DNA of 64,000 nucleotides from assembly GCA_038251095.1 (NCBI GenBank), contig JBBSBQ010000018.1:159-64158 (forward strand), given 5' to 3'. This stretch comes from Hyphomicrobiales bacterium. GTDB taxonomy: Bacteria; Pseudomonadota; Alphaproteobacteria; Rhizobiales; Aestuariivirgaceae. The position numbers were made by a program, and so were the translations under genes. The notes beneath the pieces were generated by a model. The model ran no database searches and had not been told where the DNA came from. It saw only the letters and a list, made by a program, of their open reading frames with translations. The stretch's first letter is position 1; each line of letters starts with the position of its first letter. Positions 18,181 through 28,664 of the stretch are shown piece after piece.

Positions 18181-19230
18181 ATGTCCGTAGCAAGCGACAT
18201 TAGTGGAAACACCTTCTCAGTAATCTGGCGTCTTGGAAATTTTCTGGGGTCGTTGGTCTTGACCTTTCTTGGCCTTACCGCCGTGACTTTCGTCATTGGA
18301 CGCTTTATAACGGTCGATCCGGTACTCGCTGTCGTGGGCGACAGGGCCACCCAGGAAGTTTATGACGCCGCCCGCATTTCCATGGGATTGGATCGTTCCG
18401 TGCCGGAGCAGTATTTCCTCTATTTGAAAAAACTGCTTTCCGGCGATATGGGGCATTCGGTTATTACCTCCCAATCAGTTCTCTCTGATTTAATTCATTT
18501 TTTTCCCGCCACCTTTGAGCTCGCGACAATCGCAACCGTTCTCGGAGTCATCATCGGGGTACCGGTGGGCGTCATGGCCGGCGCGCACAAGGGCCGCTGG
18601 CCTGACCACCTCGTTCGCGTCATCGGCCTCTTCGGCTACTCAATACCGGTGTTTTGGTTGGGTCTTGTGGGGCTTCTTGTTTTCTACGGTGAGCTCGATT
18701 GGGTGAGCGGACCCGGACGCATTGATGTGGCCTACGATGATATTGTGACGTCGCGCACCGGGATCATCCTCATCGACAGCGCAATCGAAGGCGAGTGGGC
18801 CATCTTTTGGAATGCCTTCAGCCACCTTGTCCTGCCGGCCTCTATCCTCGGCTACTACTCGCTGGCCTACATAGCGCGCATGACGCGGAGTTTCATGATC
18901 GAGCAACTCGGCCAGGAGTATGTAACCGCCGCCCGGATTAAAGGCCGCTCCTATTACGGTGCCGTTTGGAAGCACGCCTTTCCCAATATCATGGTACCAC
19001 TGATCACCGTTATTGGCCTCAGCTACGCCTCGCTGCTGGAGGGTGCGGTGCTAACAGAAACGGTTTTTGCCTGGCCGGGACTTGGCAACTACATAACGCG
19101 CTCACTCTTCAACGGCGATATGAATGCCGTGCTCGGTGGCACATTGGTGGTGGGTGCTGTATTTATTGGGGTAAATCTGTTTTGTGATTTCCTCTACCAG
19201 ATTTTTGACCCACGATTGCGAACCTCATGA
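18181..19230 (+). CDS. ABC transporter permease, Dpp/Opp type (DppB-like)
   Basis: Polytopic BPD-transporter permease pattern; first gene of a five-gene peptide/nickel-type ABC operon. Confidence 0.85.
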   Translation: MSVASDISGNTFSVIWRLGNFLGSLVLTFLGLTAVTFVIGRFITVDPVLAVVGDRATQEVYDAARISMGLDRSVPEQYFLYLKKLLSGDMGHSVITSQSVLSDLIHFFPATFELATIATVLGVIIGVPVGVMAGAHKGRWPDHLVRVIGLFGYSIPVFWLGLVGLLVFYGELDWVSGPGRIDVAYDDIVTSRTGIILIDSAIEGEWAIFWNAFSHLVLPASILGYYSLAYIARMTRSFMIEQLGQEYVTAARIKGRSYYGAVWKHAFPNIMVPLITVIGLSYASLLEGAVLTETVFAWPGLGNYITRSLFNGDMNAVLGGTLVVGAVFIGVNLFCDFLYQIFDPRLRTS

Positions 19231-20162
19231 GCTCGCCACTGGATCCCCCCGCCCCTGAAATTCGGCCGTCGCTGCGGCAATGGCTGGCCAGTGACGCACC
19301 GACATCTCGGCGGCAGGCGATGCTGGGAAATTTCTATCGCGGCGTAGTGGCCCTCTGCAGCAATCCTGCAGCCCTCACGGGCCTGTTAATTGTTCTCACG
19401 TTGATAATGATAGCGATTTTTGCGCCCCTTATTGCCGGCCATGTGTCGCCCGTCCATCAGTCTCTGGCTGACAGATTGGCCCCTCCGAGTTCCCTCTACT
19501 GGTTTGGCACCGATGAACTTGGCCGCGATATTTTTTCTCGCACCGTACATGGCGCACGGGTGACACTGACCATCGTCATGCTCGTTTCGGTTGTTGTAGC
19601 CCCAATAGGCCTGGCCGTGGGGCTGCTGGCGGGATATCTCGGTGGCTGGGTTGATGCGGTCCTGATGCGGATTACCGATATTTTTCTGGCCTTTCCCCGT
19701 CTCGTATTGGCGTTAGCTTTTGCGGCAGCTTTAGGTCCCGGAATTGAAAATGCGGTAATCGCAATTTCCCTGACAGCATGGCCGCCCTACGCACGTATCG
19801 CCAGAGCCGAGACGGTCACGATCGCCCGAAGTGACTTCATTTCCGCAATCGTGCTGCAGGGCGCCTCGACCTGGAGAATATTGTTCCGCCACATCATGCC
19901 CCTCTGTCTTTCATCCCTTATCGTCCGGCTCACCCTGGACATGGCCGGCATCATTCTGACCGCCGCCGGCTTGGGTTTCCTCGGCTTGGGCGCCCAGCCA
20001 CCCATTCCCGAATGGGGTGCCATGGTCTCCGCCGGGCGCGACGTCATTTTGGATCAGTGGTGGGTGGCTACTATCCCGGGCATTGCCATTTTCGTCGTCA
20101 GTCTGGGCTTCAATCTTTTGGGGGATGGATTGCGCGACGTCTTTGATCCAAAAAACACATGA
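19227..20162 (+). CDS. ABC transporter permease, Dpp/Opp type (DppC-like)
   Basis: Permease with an N-terminal OppC-like extension. Its start overlaps the upstream stop by 4 nt. Confidence 0.85.
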   Translation: MSSPLDPPAPEIRPSLRQWLASDAPTSRRQAMLGNFYRGVVALCSNPAALTGLLIVLTLIMIAIFAPLIAGHVSPVHQSLADRLAPPSSLYWFGTDELGRDIFSRTVHGARVTLTIVMLVSVVVAPIGLAVGLLAGYLGGWVDAVLMRITDIFLAFPRLVLALAFAAALGPGIENAVIAISLTAWPPYARIARAETVTIARSDFISAIVLQGASTWRILFRHIMPLCLSSLIVRLTLDMAGIILTAAGLGFLGLGAQPPIPEWGAMVSAGRDVILDQWWVATIPGIAIFVVSLGFNLLGDGLRDVFDPKNT

Positions 20163-20998
20163 GCGAGGGCCCGCTTCTTGAGGTTGAAGATCTCAGCGTT
20201 TCATTTTCAGGTCGCTGTGGCATAACGCGCGCCGTTCGGAACGCGACCTTCTCGCTGGGGCGGGAACGATTGGGAATAGTCGGGGAATCGGGCTCGGGCA
20301 AATCAACGGCCGGGCGGGCCCTCCTCGGTCTGGTTCCGCCTTCGGGCATCGTGACCGCCAAGCGCATGAGTTTTGCCGGCCAGGATCTGATCAGCCTGCG
20401 CGATGCCGATTGGCAGGCGCTGCGCGGCCGCCGCATCTCCATGGTAATGCAGGACCCCAAATATTCTCTCAATCCGGTCATCAAGATTGGCGATCAGGTA
20501 CAGGAGGCCTACCGGCTGCACCACCGCTCGACCTCTGAAGAAGCCCGCCGCCGGGCCTTGGCGATGCTTGATGCGGTTAAAATCCGAGATCCAGACTTGG
20601 TCTATCACCTCTACCCGCACCAACTCTCTGGGGGCATGGGTCAGCGCGCGATGATCGCCATGATGCTGATCGCCGAACCAGATCTATTGATCGCCGACGA
20701 GCCCACTTCGGCTCTCGACGTAACGGTTCAGAACCAGGTCTTGCGTATTCTCGATAATCTGGTCACGGACCGCGGCATGGGTCTTATCTTCATCAGCCAC
20801 AACCTGACCATCGTCTCCAGTTTCTGCGACCGGGTTCTCGTCATGTATGGCGGCAGGATCGTAGAGGAATGCCAGGCCAACGCCCTGCAGGCCGCCAAAC
20901 ATCCCTACACCCGTGCGCTTCTGAAAGCCGCCCCCTCCCTTGAGCATCCCCTGACCGAACTTGCTGTGGTCAAGCGAAATCCGGAGTGGCTCCTGTGA
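20159..20998 (+). CDS. ABC transporter ATP-binding protein (DppD-like)
   Basis: Walker A GESGSGKST, signature LSGGMGQR, Walker B LLIADEPTSALD. Confidence 0.9.
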   Translation: MSEGPLLEVEDLSVSFSGRCGITRAVRNATFSLGRERLGIVGESGSGKSTAGRALLGLVPPSGIVTAKRMSFAGQDLISLRDADWQALRGRRISMVMQDPKYSLNPVIKIGDQVQEAYRLHHRSTSEEARRRALAMLDAVKIRDPDLVYHLYPHQLSGGMGQRAMIAMMLIAEPDLLIADEPTSALDVTVQNQVLRILDNLVTDRGMGLIFISHNLTIVSSFCDRVLVMYGGRIVEECQANALQAAKHPYTRALLKAAPSLEHPLTELAVVKRNPEWLL

Positions 20999-21750
20999 TT
21001 GAGGTCCATAATCTCTCGGTTACCTTCCGCCACGGTGGACATACAATTCCTGCTGTGCGTGGCGTCAATTTCACGATTGTGGAGGGTGAAACTTTTGGCA
21101 TTGTGGGAGAATCCGGATCAGGCAAATCGACTATACTCAAGGCTATCGCCGGCTTGGTGAAAGCCGATGCCCCCGGTCTGAAAATTAACGGTCAATCCTT
21201 GGGGATAAAACGCACCAAGTCTGACCGTCATCTGATGCAGTTCGTTTTTCAGGACCCCTATGGATCGCTGCATCCCCGCCAGACCGTGGACGACATCCTC
21301 CTCGAGCCACTGCTCATCCACGGCGTTGCCGACGCCGCTGAGAAAGTTACAATAGCCCTGAATGATGTGGGACTATTGCCCCTTCACCGGTTTCGCTATC
21401 CGCACCAGCTCTCCGGCGGCCAGCGCCAGAGGGTAGCCATTGCCAGGGCATTAATTCTCCGCCCCCGCATACTCTTGCTCGATGAGCCAACGTCGGCGCT
21501 TGATGTCTCCGTCCAGGCAGAAATTCTCAATCTCATTTCCCGCCTGCGGCGGAGCTACCAGCTGACCAGCATACTGGTCAGCCATGACCTGGGCGTCGTT
21601 GCCCATTTGTGCAGCCGCATTGCCATCATGCAGAGCGGCCGGTTGGTTGAAGTCCTTGATGTTGACAGCCTGCGGCGCGGCAGGGCCAAGGAGGCCTACA
21701 GTCTCGATCTCCTGGCCGCGAGCCGGGGTTTCAGCAGGACTCCAAGTTAG
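20986..21750 (+). CDS. ABC transporter ATP-binding protein (DppF-like)
   Basis: Walker A GESGSGKST, signature LSGGQRQR, Walker B LLLDEPTSALD. Confidence 0.9.
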   Translation: MAPVIEVHNLSVTFRHGGHTIPAVRGVNFTIVEGETFGIVGESGSGKSTILKAIAGLVKADAPGLKINGQSLGIKRTKSDRHLMQFVFQDPYGSLHPRQTVDDILLEPLLIHGVADAAEKVTIALNDVGLLPLHRFRYPHQLSGGQRQRVAIARALILRPRILLLDEPTSALDVSVQAEILNLISRLRRSYQLTSILVSHDLGVVAHLCSRIAIMQSGRLVEVLDVDSLRRGRAKEAYSLDLLAASRGFSRTPS

Positions 21751-21863
21751 TCCCAGACGAAACTTGCTTTGCCCGCCAAAAGGGTCTGAGATGAACGTTC
21801 AGTCCGACACAGAGCGGGCCACCCCAGCACTGCTCGGGTTCAACAATCGATTTGGAGGTTTAA

Positions 21864-23450
21864 ATGTTACATCGCTTTAGATTTGCGCTTCTTGCTTGCG
21901 CACTCGTCATGGTAACACCTGTCGCGTTCGCCGATACGCCAGCCGACACGCTGGTCATTGCAAAAAATATTGACGATATCATCACGCTCGATCCGGCCGA
22001 GGCCTATGAATTTTCCGGCATCGAGATCATCAGCAATATCTACGACCGAATCATGCGTCTCGAACCCACCGATATCACAAAGCTCGTGGGTGGCGTGGCG
22101 GAAAGCTACACCCTGAGTGAAGACGGAAAAACCCTCACATTCAAAATCAGGGGTGGGCAAAAATTTGCCTCCGGTAATGCCATTACCGCAGCCGATGCAG
22201 TTTTCTCACTGCAGCGCGTTGTGAAGCTCGACAAAACTCCGGCGTTCCTTATCGGACAACTGGGCTGGACCAAAGACAACGTCGATCAACTGGTGAAATT
22301 GGTCGATGACCAGACATTCCAGATCACCATTACAGAGGATTTCGCACCTTCGCTGGTCCTCAGCCTGATGTCGTCGGTGGTAGGTTCGGTGGTCGACATG
22401 AAAGTTGCCATGGAGCACGAAGCCAACGGTGACATGGGTCACGATTGGCTGAAAAGCCATTCAGCCGGGTCCGGCGCCTACTCACTGAGAGCCTGGAAAG
22501 CCAACGAGAGCGTGGCACTCGACGCCAATCCCAACTACCGCGGTGGCCAGCCTGCACTGAAGCGTGTCGTCGTACGCCACGTTCCGGAACCCGCAGCGCA
22601 GCGTCTTTTGATCGAAAAAGGTGACGCTGATATTGCGCGTAACCTTACTGGAGATCAGATCGCCGGTATCGTCGACAACAAGGACATCACCATCACCGCA
22701 GTGCCGCAAGCTACTCTCTATTACGTGGGGCTAAACTTGAAGACGGCCCAGTTCCAGGATGTCAAGGTGCGTCAGGCAATGCATTATCTCGTCGACTACG
22801 ATGGCATGGTCAATTCCTTCCTCAAGGGTGGTTTCAAGGTGCACCAGACATTCTGGCCCTCGGGCTTCTGGGCCGCCCTCGATGAAAATCAGTACACGTT
22901 TGATCCCGCCAAGGCCAAGGCACTTCTGGCCGAGGCTGGTGTTGCAGACGGCTTTGAAGTCACCTTGGATACACCAAACTCTTCGCCCTTCACCAATATT
23001 GCCCAGTCCATTCAGTCAACAATGGCACAGGGCGGTATTAAGGTGACGATACTCCCGGCGGAAGAAAAAACCGTCCTGACCCGTTATCGCGCCCGCCAGC
23101 ACCAGATGCTGCTCATTAACTGGGGCCCGGACTATATGGACCCCCACACGAACGCCTCTTCCTTCGCCCGTAATGACGACAATTCTGACACACCTAAGGC
23201 AAAACCATTGGCTTGGCGCAACGCTTGGGACATTCCCGAGATCACCAAGATGACCGATGCAGCGGTGCGGGAACGCGACGAGGGAAAGCGCGAGCAGATG
23301 TACAAGGACCTGCAGCTCAAGGTCATGGATGAAGGTCCCTTCATCATCATGTTCCAGGACACGACGCAACTGGCCACGCGGGCCAATGTAAAGAACTTCG
23401 TCATGGGGTCGAGTTCTGATGTCGTCTACTATAACCTGACAACAAAGTAG
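21864..23450 (+). CDS. ABC transporter substrate-binding protein, family 5 (peptide/nickel type)
   Basis: Signal peptide, typical SBP_bac_5 length of about 530 aa and typical sequence pattern. Confidence 0.85.
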   Translation: MLHRFRFALLACALVMVTPVAFADTPADTLVIAKNIDDIITLDPAEAYEFSGIEIISNIYDRIMRLEPTDITKLVGGVAESYTLSEDGKTLTFKIRGGQKFASGNAITAADAVFSLQRVVKLDKTPAFLIGQLGWTKDNVDQLVKLVDDQTFQITITEDFAPSLVLSLMSSVVGSVVDMKVAMEHEANGDMGHDWLKSHSAGSGAYSLRAWKANESVALDANPNYRGGQPALKRVVVRHVPEPAAQRLLIEKGDADIARNLTGDQIAGIVDNKDITITAVPQATLYYVGLNLKTAQFQDVKVRQAMHYLVDYDGMVNSFLKGGFKVHQTFWPSGFWAALDENQYTFDPAKAKALLAEAGVADGFEVTLDTPNSSPFTNIAQSIQSTMAQGGIKVTILPAEEKTVLTRYRARQHQMLLINWGPDYMDPHTNASSFARNDDNSDTPKAKPLAWRNAWDIPEITKMTDAAVRERDEGKREQMYKDLQLKVMDEGPFIIMFQDTTQLATRANVKNFVMGSSSDVVYYNLTTK

Positions 23451-23455
23451 GCGAT

Positions 23456-24709
23456 TTGGGTTCTGGTTTCCTAAACCGCCGCCACGCTAACCGGCTGATG
23501 CTGGAACAAGGGCTCTCCGCTCTTGTTCTGGCCCAGCCGGAAAGCATAACTTACGCTGCGGGGACTTTTCCCGGCGTGGCCACCAATTGGCGCCGTGCAG
23601 GCGCCGCCTTCCTCGTGGTGCCGTGTGATGCCGCGGAACCGCTGACTGCCATCGTAGGCGATTTGCAGGCCGATACGTTCAAAGCGCGCTCCGGGATCGC
23701 TGATGTCCGGTCTCATCCCATATGGGTGGAAACCGGACGATACGACAACGACTCTGATCCAGAAAATGTGGCCCGATCCCTCGTTGAAAAGGACTTGGCG
23801 ATTGGAAAGCGTCCGGGCCAGCCACGCCCAGCCCAATATGATCCCCGTGCGTCCCTGGGACTGCTCCGCGATGCACTTGCGGAACGGAATCTTTTGAGCC
23901 AGCGCATTTGCCTCGAAATGGGCTTTGTCGCAGCACGCGACTTCGCAATGTTCACCAATTTAATGCCAAACGTGTTGTGGGCGGATGCAACGCATATTGT
24001 TGAACGCCTGCGCGCGATCAAGGCGCCCCGGGAGATTGCCTATTTGCGGACCGCCGCAGAACTTTCCCGCATCGGATTGGCTGCACTTACCGCAGCAATT
24101 ACCCCCGGCATGGATGCCAAACGGATGACCGCCATCTGGCGAGAAGCCGCACTGGCAGAAGCACATGCCAAAAACCTGCCTCCTCCGGCATCGACGTGGG
24201 CATATATCGCCGTGGGCGGCGATGGCTTCGCGCCTGGCGGCCCTGTCCGCACCGGCGATCTTATCAAAATCGACGTGGGCTGCGTCATAGAGGGTTATAG
24301 CTCTGACGGGGGCCGTACCGCAGTTTTAGGCCACGCGGGAAGGGCCGCTCAAAACGTCTACGACTCTTTGCACAAGTCCTTCGACGCAGGCCTTGCGCTA
24401 CTCAAACCGGGGGTAGCCTTGAATGATGTTTACCGCGCCGTGGCAACAACCATGTGGGATGCCGGATTTACGACCTACGGCCGGGGCCATTTCGGCCATG
24501 GCGTGGGAGCTAGTATCTGGAGCGAGGAATGGCCGTTCATTTCGGCTGATGCCACCGCAACGGCCGAGCCCGGAATGGTGCTCGCCTTTGAAACGCCCTA
24601 CTACATAAAGGGGCTGGGTGGTTTCATAATTGAAGATCAGATTCTGATAACTGAAAATGGCGTCGAGGTGATGGCAACATCATCTCGCAATCTAATAGAA
24701 ATAATGTGA
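23456..24709 (+). CDS. M24 family metallopeptidase (Xaa-Pro peptidase / creatinase-like)
   Basis: Creatinase-like N-domain followed by a pita-bread fold region (DVGCVIEGYSSDGGRT...HGVG...FETPYY). TTG start immediately after the SBP gene. Confidence 0.75.
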   Translation: MGSGFLNRRHANRLMLEQGLSALVLAQPESITYAAGTFPGVATNWRRAGAAFLVVPCDAAEPLTAIVGDLQADTFKARSGIADVRSHPIWVETGRYDNDSDPENVARSLVEKDLAIGKRPGQPRPAQYDPRASLGLLRDALAERNLLSQRICLEMGFVAARDFAMFTNLMPNVLWADATHIVERLRAIKAPREIAYLRTAAELSRIGLAALTAAITPGMDAKRMTAIWREAALAEAHAKNLPPPASTWAYIAVGGDGFAPGGPVRTGDLIKIDVGCVIEGYSSDGGRTAVLGHAGRAAQNVYDSLHKSFDAGLALLKPGVALNDVYRAVATTMWDAGFTTYGRGHFGHGVGASIWSEEWPFISADATATAEPGMVLAFETPYYIKGLGGFIIEDQILITENGVEVMATSSRNLIEIM

Positions 24710-24891
24710 TAGCGATTGCCTCATTCGGTGGCTGCCCAGATTAGTGTGTGGTCCATGATTGAGCAGAAATATTAAGCGCAACTAGGATTCAGACTAGGAC
24801 GATATCAACCGGTCGTATAAATATTATATTTAATTCAATGCCTTATCAATCGAAATAGGCGGACACTAGAGCCGCCATGCAGTTTTTTGTC

Positions 24892-25557
24892 TTATATTCT
24901 GGCTTCTTGATCACCACGGCTTCCCCGCAACCCTGCTTTGGCTAGGGTAGCGCCCTCTCCAACGACCTGGCGCAGAAAATCAGTGTCGCGTCCATCACCG
25001 CACCCAATCCTGTGCTGCTCGCAGATCCAAATATTTCCTGCTTGGCTTCGCGGATTGACTGGAAGATTCGGGATGACTTCATCCGCAGGATCGGCTTCAC
25101 CCTTTAGTAAAACGTCAAGCTCTCCGGTCGAGAAGCCAGTAGCTGTTAGATCAAAATCTACATCTAGGACTGAGAGCTGCTAAAGCTCAATTTTAAGTTG
25201 ATCAGTATCCCAACCCGCATTGAGTGCGATTTTATTGTCAGCCAGCCGAAGGGCGCGCTTTTGGGCATCGCTCAAATGACGCAGTTCAATCGTTGGGACT
25301 TCCTTCAATCCCATCGACTTTGCTGCGAGTAAACGCCCATGCCCCGCTATAATGCGACCTTTCTCGTCAATAATGATGGGGTTGGTAAAACCAAACTCCA
25401 TAATCGAAGTGACGATTTGAGCGACTTGTCGTTTGGGGTGGGTTCTCGAGTTACCAGGATCCGGCACTACGCTATCAACAGAACGATATACTATGCGCAA
25501 TGGCACATTCTTGAGATCAACATCCGTTTCCATCGGCTTCTCCCACGTTGACTTCAT
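24892..25557 (-). pseudogene. ParB-like nuclease domain / DNA methyltransferase gene remnant
   Basis: The ParBc domain is intact (25183-25557). An in-frame TAG lies at 25180-25182. The same frame then reads QLSVLDVDFDLTATGFSTGELDVLL...NIWICEQHRIGCGD, the linker typical of ParB-methylase fusions. The methylase core is absent. Confidence 0.65.
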
Positions 25558-25749
25558 TAGTTTGCGAATCGGAATTCCGCCTACAAAGCCATATGAAAGT
25601 TAACTTGGGGTGGTCCGGAAATCTTAATTTCCTTGAGAATGCGGAATCAGCACCGGGTGACCTGCCATGGAAGTTTCATCCACTAGCTTTTGGTGCCTCA
25701 GGCAGTTGTAAGCCCGTTTGGGCAGGTTGAGGTCCGCAGGACGGCCGGA

Positions 25750-26049
25750 GCACAGAGCCGTCAGTGAGCGCAGTATGCAGGCCTGTTGCGGTGAGCTTGG
25801 CATCAAAGGCCACCGGTGTCTGGTAGGCCAGGGCCGAGTGTGGCCGTGCGGTGTTGTAGTCTTCAACCCGTTCGGCAATGACTTTCCTGACCTAGTCGAG
25901 ATTGAAGAACAGGGTCTCGTTCAGAAGCTCATCACGCATCTGGCTTCCGACAGACCGTGCTTCCTGGCCAGGTCAGCGGCTTTGGTACCCGCCTCATGTT
26001 CCTGCAGAATTCCGATGATCTGCTCTTCCGTGAACCGCTTCCTCTTCAT
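25750..26049 (-). mobile_element. IS3-family remnant with an internal deletion
   Basis: The OrfA start MKRKRFTEEQIIGILQEHEAGTKAADLARKHGLSEA is joined directly to the OrfB tail RDELLNETLFFNLD*VRKVIAERVEDYNTARPHSALAYQTPVAF. There is an in-frame TAG at 25892-25894. Confidence 0.7.
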
Positions 26050-26204
26050 CGTCCGCCCCCTTCTTAAGGGCCGGACTTTAAATCTACGTGGAGGAAATCT
26101 CCAATGGCAGGTCATTTTGTCTCCTTTTGTTTCGAACAATCTTAAAGTAGTTCAAGGGTTTGATCTGATTGGCCCATTCGAAGTTTGGAAGGAACGTGGT
26201 GTTC

Positions 26205-27125
26205 ATGACAAACCACAATTTTGCCCCGACCCGATTCTACAACTCCATCGGGAGCCACGAGCCTGTGCTGATTGTAGGCGATGGTGACACCGTGGTGACC
26301 TAGACGCTCGACGCCCATGGCTTTGACCGCCACGGAGAAAAACGTGCCGATGGGCCAAACCCAATGACCGGACCATTCTATGTGTCAGGCGCGGAGCGGG
26401 GTGATGCACTGCTCATTTGCATACACCGCATCTCAATGACCCGGTCCACCGGCTGGACCTTCCAGGTTCTGAGTCCAAACGTGGTGAACCCAAGTGCCAT
26501 CACGCGCTTTCCCGGGCGCCAAATAACGGACTGGATAATTGACATCGCCACGCAACGGGCACGCCTCACAAAACCTCCGGCCGCCTTGCGTGACTGGTCA
26601 GTGGCGGTGAAACCCATGATTGGCTGTTTCGGCGTGGCCCCTGCAATGGGGCAATCGATCTCAACGGCGACCAGCGGCCCCTACGGCGGCAACATGGATT
26701 ATAGGGGCTTTGGTGCGGGCGTCGATGTCATGTTCCCGGTTTCTGTGCCTGGCGGATTGTTTTTCCTTGGCGATGTTCACGCGGCCCAAGGTGATGGTGA
26801 AATAGTCGGCACCGGCATCGAAACCGCGGCTGAGGTTCAATTCACGGTAGAAGTCGTAAAAAGGAAACCGCTCGGCTGGCCCCGTGGTTCAAACTCAGGC
26901 GAAATCTTCACCATCGGGAATGCGCGGCCCCTTGACCAAGCTTTGCAGCTTGCCACCACCGAAATGCTGGATTGGCTAATGCATGACTATGGACTGGATG
27001 AAGTGGCTGCAAGTCACGTGATGGGGCAAGCGGTGCGCTATGACATAGCCAATGTCTTCAATCCCGCCTATTCAGTTGTCTGCCGGATTGGAAGAGATTG
27101 GCTGACAAACTTGCAGCAGGACTGA
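26205..27125 (+). pseudogene. acetamidase/formamidase family gene with an in-frame TAG at 26301-26303
   Basis: MTNHNFAPTRFYNSIGSHEPVLIVGDGDTVVT*TLDAHGFD...NPMTGPFYVSGAERGDALL... is continuous in one frame. It matches the FmdA/AmdA N-terminal pattern across the stop. Confidence 0.65.
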
Positions 27126-27597
27126 ACAGAGGTTTGGTAGCTGGATAGATAGTGGACGCCGATACATTCCATAACGCCTTGTTATGCGAATCCCTTTCTA
27201 TTTTCCCTGCAACCCGCCTCTCGTCTTACTTGTAGCATGCACGATGATTGAAGTATTTAAATATCAAGTCTTGGATGCGGACGGCAACTTGCGCGAAATG
27301 CCTGACATGATTACTTTTGGACGCGTTGCCGAGTTGAATGCAATCATTGTTTTAGGCAGTGAGCAGAAAGTGCCGCAATCGGAAGTATCAGTAGTAGGCC
27401 ATTATACGCCGCCAGTTGAGGTCAATGCCTAAGCATGCTGTAAAACCCGTATTTGCCTTGAAAAGGTCCGCATGGCGGGGATCAAGAAAGATTCAGCCAG
27501 TGGCTTTAGAGGCGGGATGGCCTATACTCTAAACTTAATTCAGAGTTTGATGAAACTACCGCTGTCAACCTCGATAGCATAACAGGGGAACGAGAGA

Positions 27598-27858
27598 ATG
27601 GCTAAGAAGGCAAAAAAGACCGTTGGTAAAAAAGCAAAGCTGAAGAAGCCAGCAAAGAAAATGGTAGCTGCTAAGAAAACTGCCAAGAAAACATACTCGG
27701 TAAAAGCCGCCAAAAAGACAGCTAGGGCATTTGTGAAAGCGGCTGGCAAAAGAACCTCTGCTGCGAGAAAGTCCGGATCAAAGTTGGTTCGTCGAGCAAT
27801 ACAGGCTGTGGTGGACGTTGCCGCGCCAATCATTCCAGGCGGCGAGACCAAAGACTAA
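27598..27858 (+). CDS. Lys/Ala-rich histone H1-like basic protein
   Basis: MAKKAKKTVGKKAKLKKPAKKMVAAKKTAKK... RBS GGGGAACGAGAGA upstream. Confidence 0.6.
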   Translation: MAKKAKKTVGKKAKLKKPAKKMVAAKKTAKKTYSVKAAKKTARAFVKAAGKRTSAARKSGSKLVRRAIQAVVDVAAPIIPGGETKD

Positions 27859-27868
27859 CTCGTCGGCG

Positions 27869-28524
27869 ATGTGTAACCGATATGCAAATCTCGCAAATCA
27901 AGCGGAGATTAGAGCACGGACGCGAGCACAACGAGACTATGGAGAAAATCAGCCGCCACTTCCGGGAATTTTTCCAGATTATCCTGCGCCGATTGTGCGC
28001 AATAATCAGGGGGAGCGAGAACTTGCCATGGCCCGCTGGGGAATGCCCTCACCTGTATTTGCGCTCAAAGGCCGCAATTCGGATTATGGCATCACCAACG
28101 TCCGGAATGTGAAATCGCCACACTGGAGGCGCTGGCTGGGTGTAGAAAGCCGGTGCGTGGTGCCTTGGACTAGCTTCTCAGAAAACGAGCATCTGTCCGA
28201 TGGCACCAAGCCACCTGTATGGTTCGCCTTCAGTGAAGATAGGCCGCTGGCGTTCTTTGTCGGCATCTGGACACCGCAATGGAAGTCAGTTCGGAAAGTG
28301 AAAGAAGGGGAGACTACCAATGATCTGTTTGCCTTCCTCACGACCGATCCGAATAAAGAGGTCGACGCCATTCATCCCAAGGCATGCCTGTCATTCTGAC
28401 GATGACGGAGGAAATTGAGATTTGGATGACGGCCCCGACTGAGGAAGCCTTGAAGCTGCAGCGGCCATTGCCGGATGGTTTGTTGAAAATAGTGGCGCGG
28501 GGCGAGAAGAAAGACCCGTCTTAG
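27869..28524 (+). pseudogene. SOS-response-associated peptidase (SRAP/YedK family) with an apparent 1-nt frameshift near 28383
   Basis: N-terminal MCNRY, the catalytic Cys2 hallmark. The C-terminal ...AIHPKA / MPVILTMTEEIEIWMTAPTEEALKLQRPLPDGLL continues in the +1 frame to TAG 28522-28524. Confidence 0.7.
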
Positions 28525-28664
28525 CCCCGCTGCTAAACAGTTAGCGGGAATTTTTTTGAATGTCGCATGAACGGTCGGTTCAGCTTCCCCTCATCCGAGC
28601 TATGGCAGCCTCCATTCATCAGACCCTGAATTATCTGGGTCCAGCAAAACGAGAGGAAACGTCC

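Noticed and set aside
24938-25183. Plus-strand ORF of 81 aa.
   Set aside because: It lies antisense to the ParB-methylase linker remnant, whose minus-strand translation shows family-typical sequence.
304-26303. Possibility that in-frame TAG codons reflect genetic-code recoding (pyrrolysine or amber suppression).
   Set aside because: TAG also terminates several well-formed genes here: the decahaem gene at 12958, the SBP gene at 23450, the extensin-like gene at 47531 and the small Cys-rich gene at 29000. Neither tRNA in the window has a CUA anticodon. TAA stops and frameshifts accompany the TAGs. Decay or sequence error is the more economical explanation.
27184-27432. An 82-aa ORF (or 62 aa from an internal ATG) in an AT-rich gap.
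   Set aside because: No motif, no convincing RBS, and an atypical region. The evidence is insufficient to call a gene.
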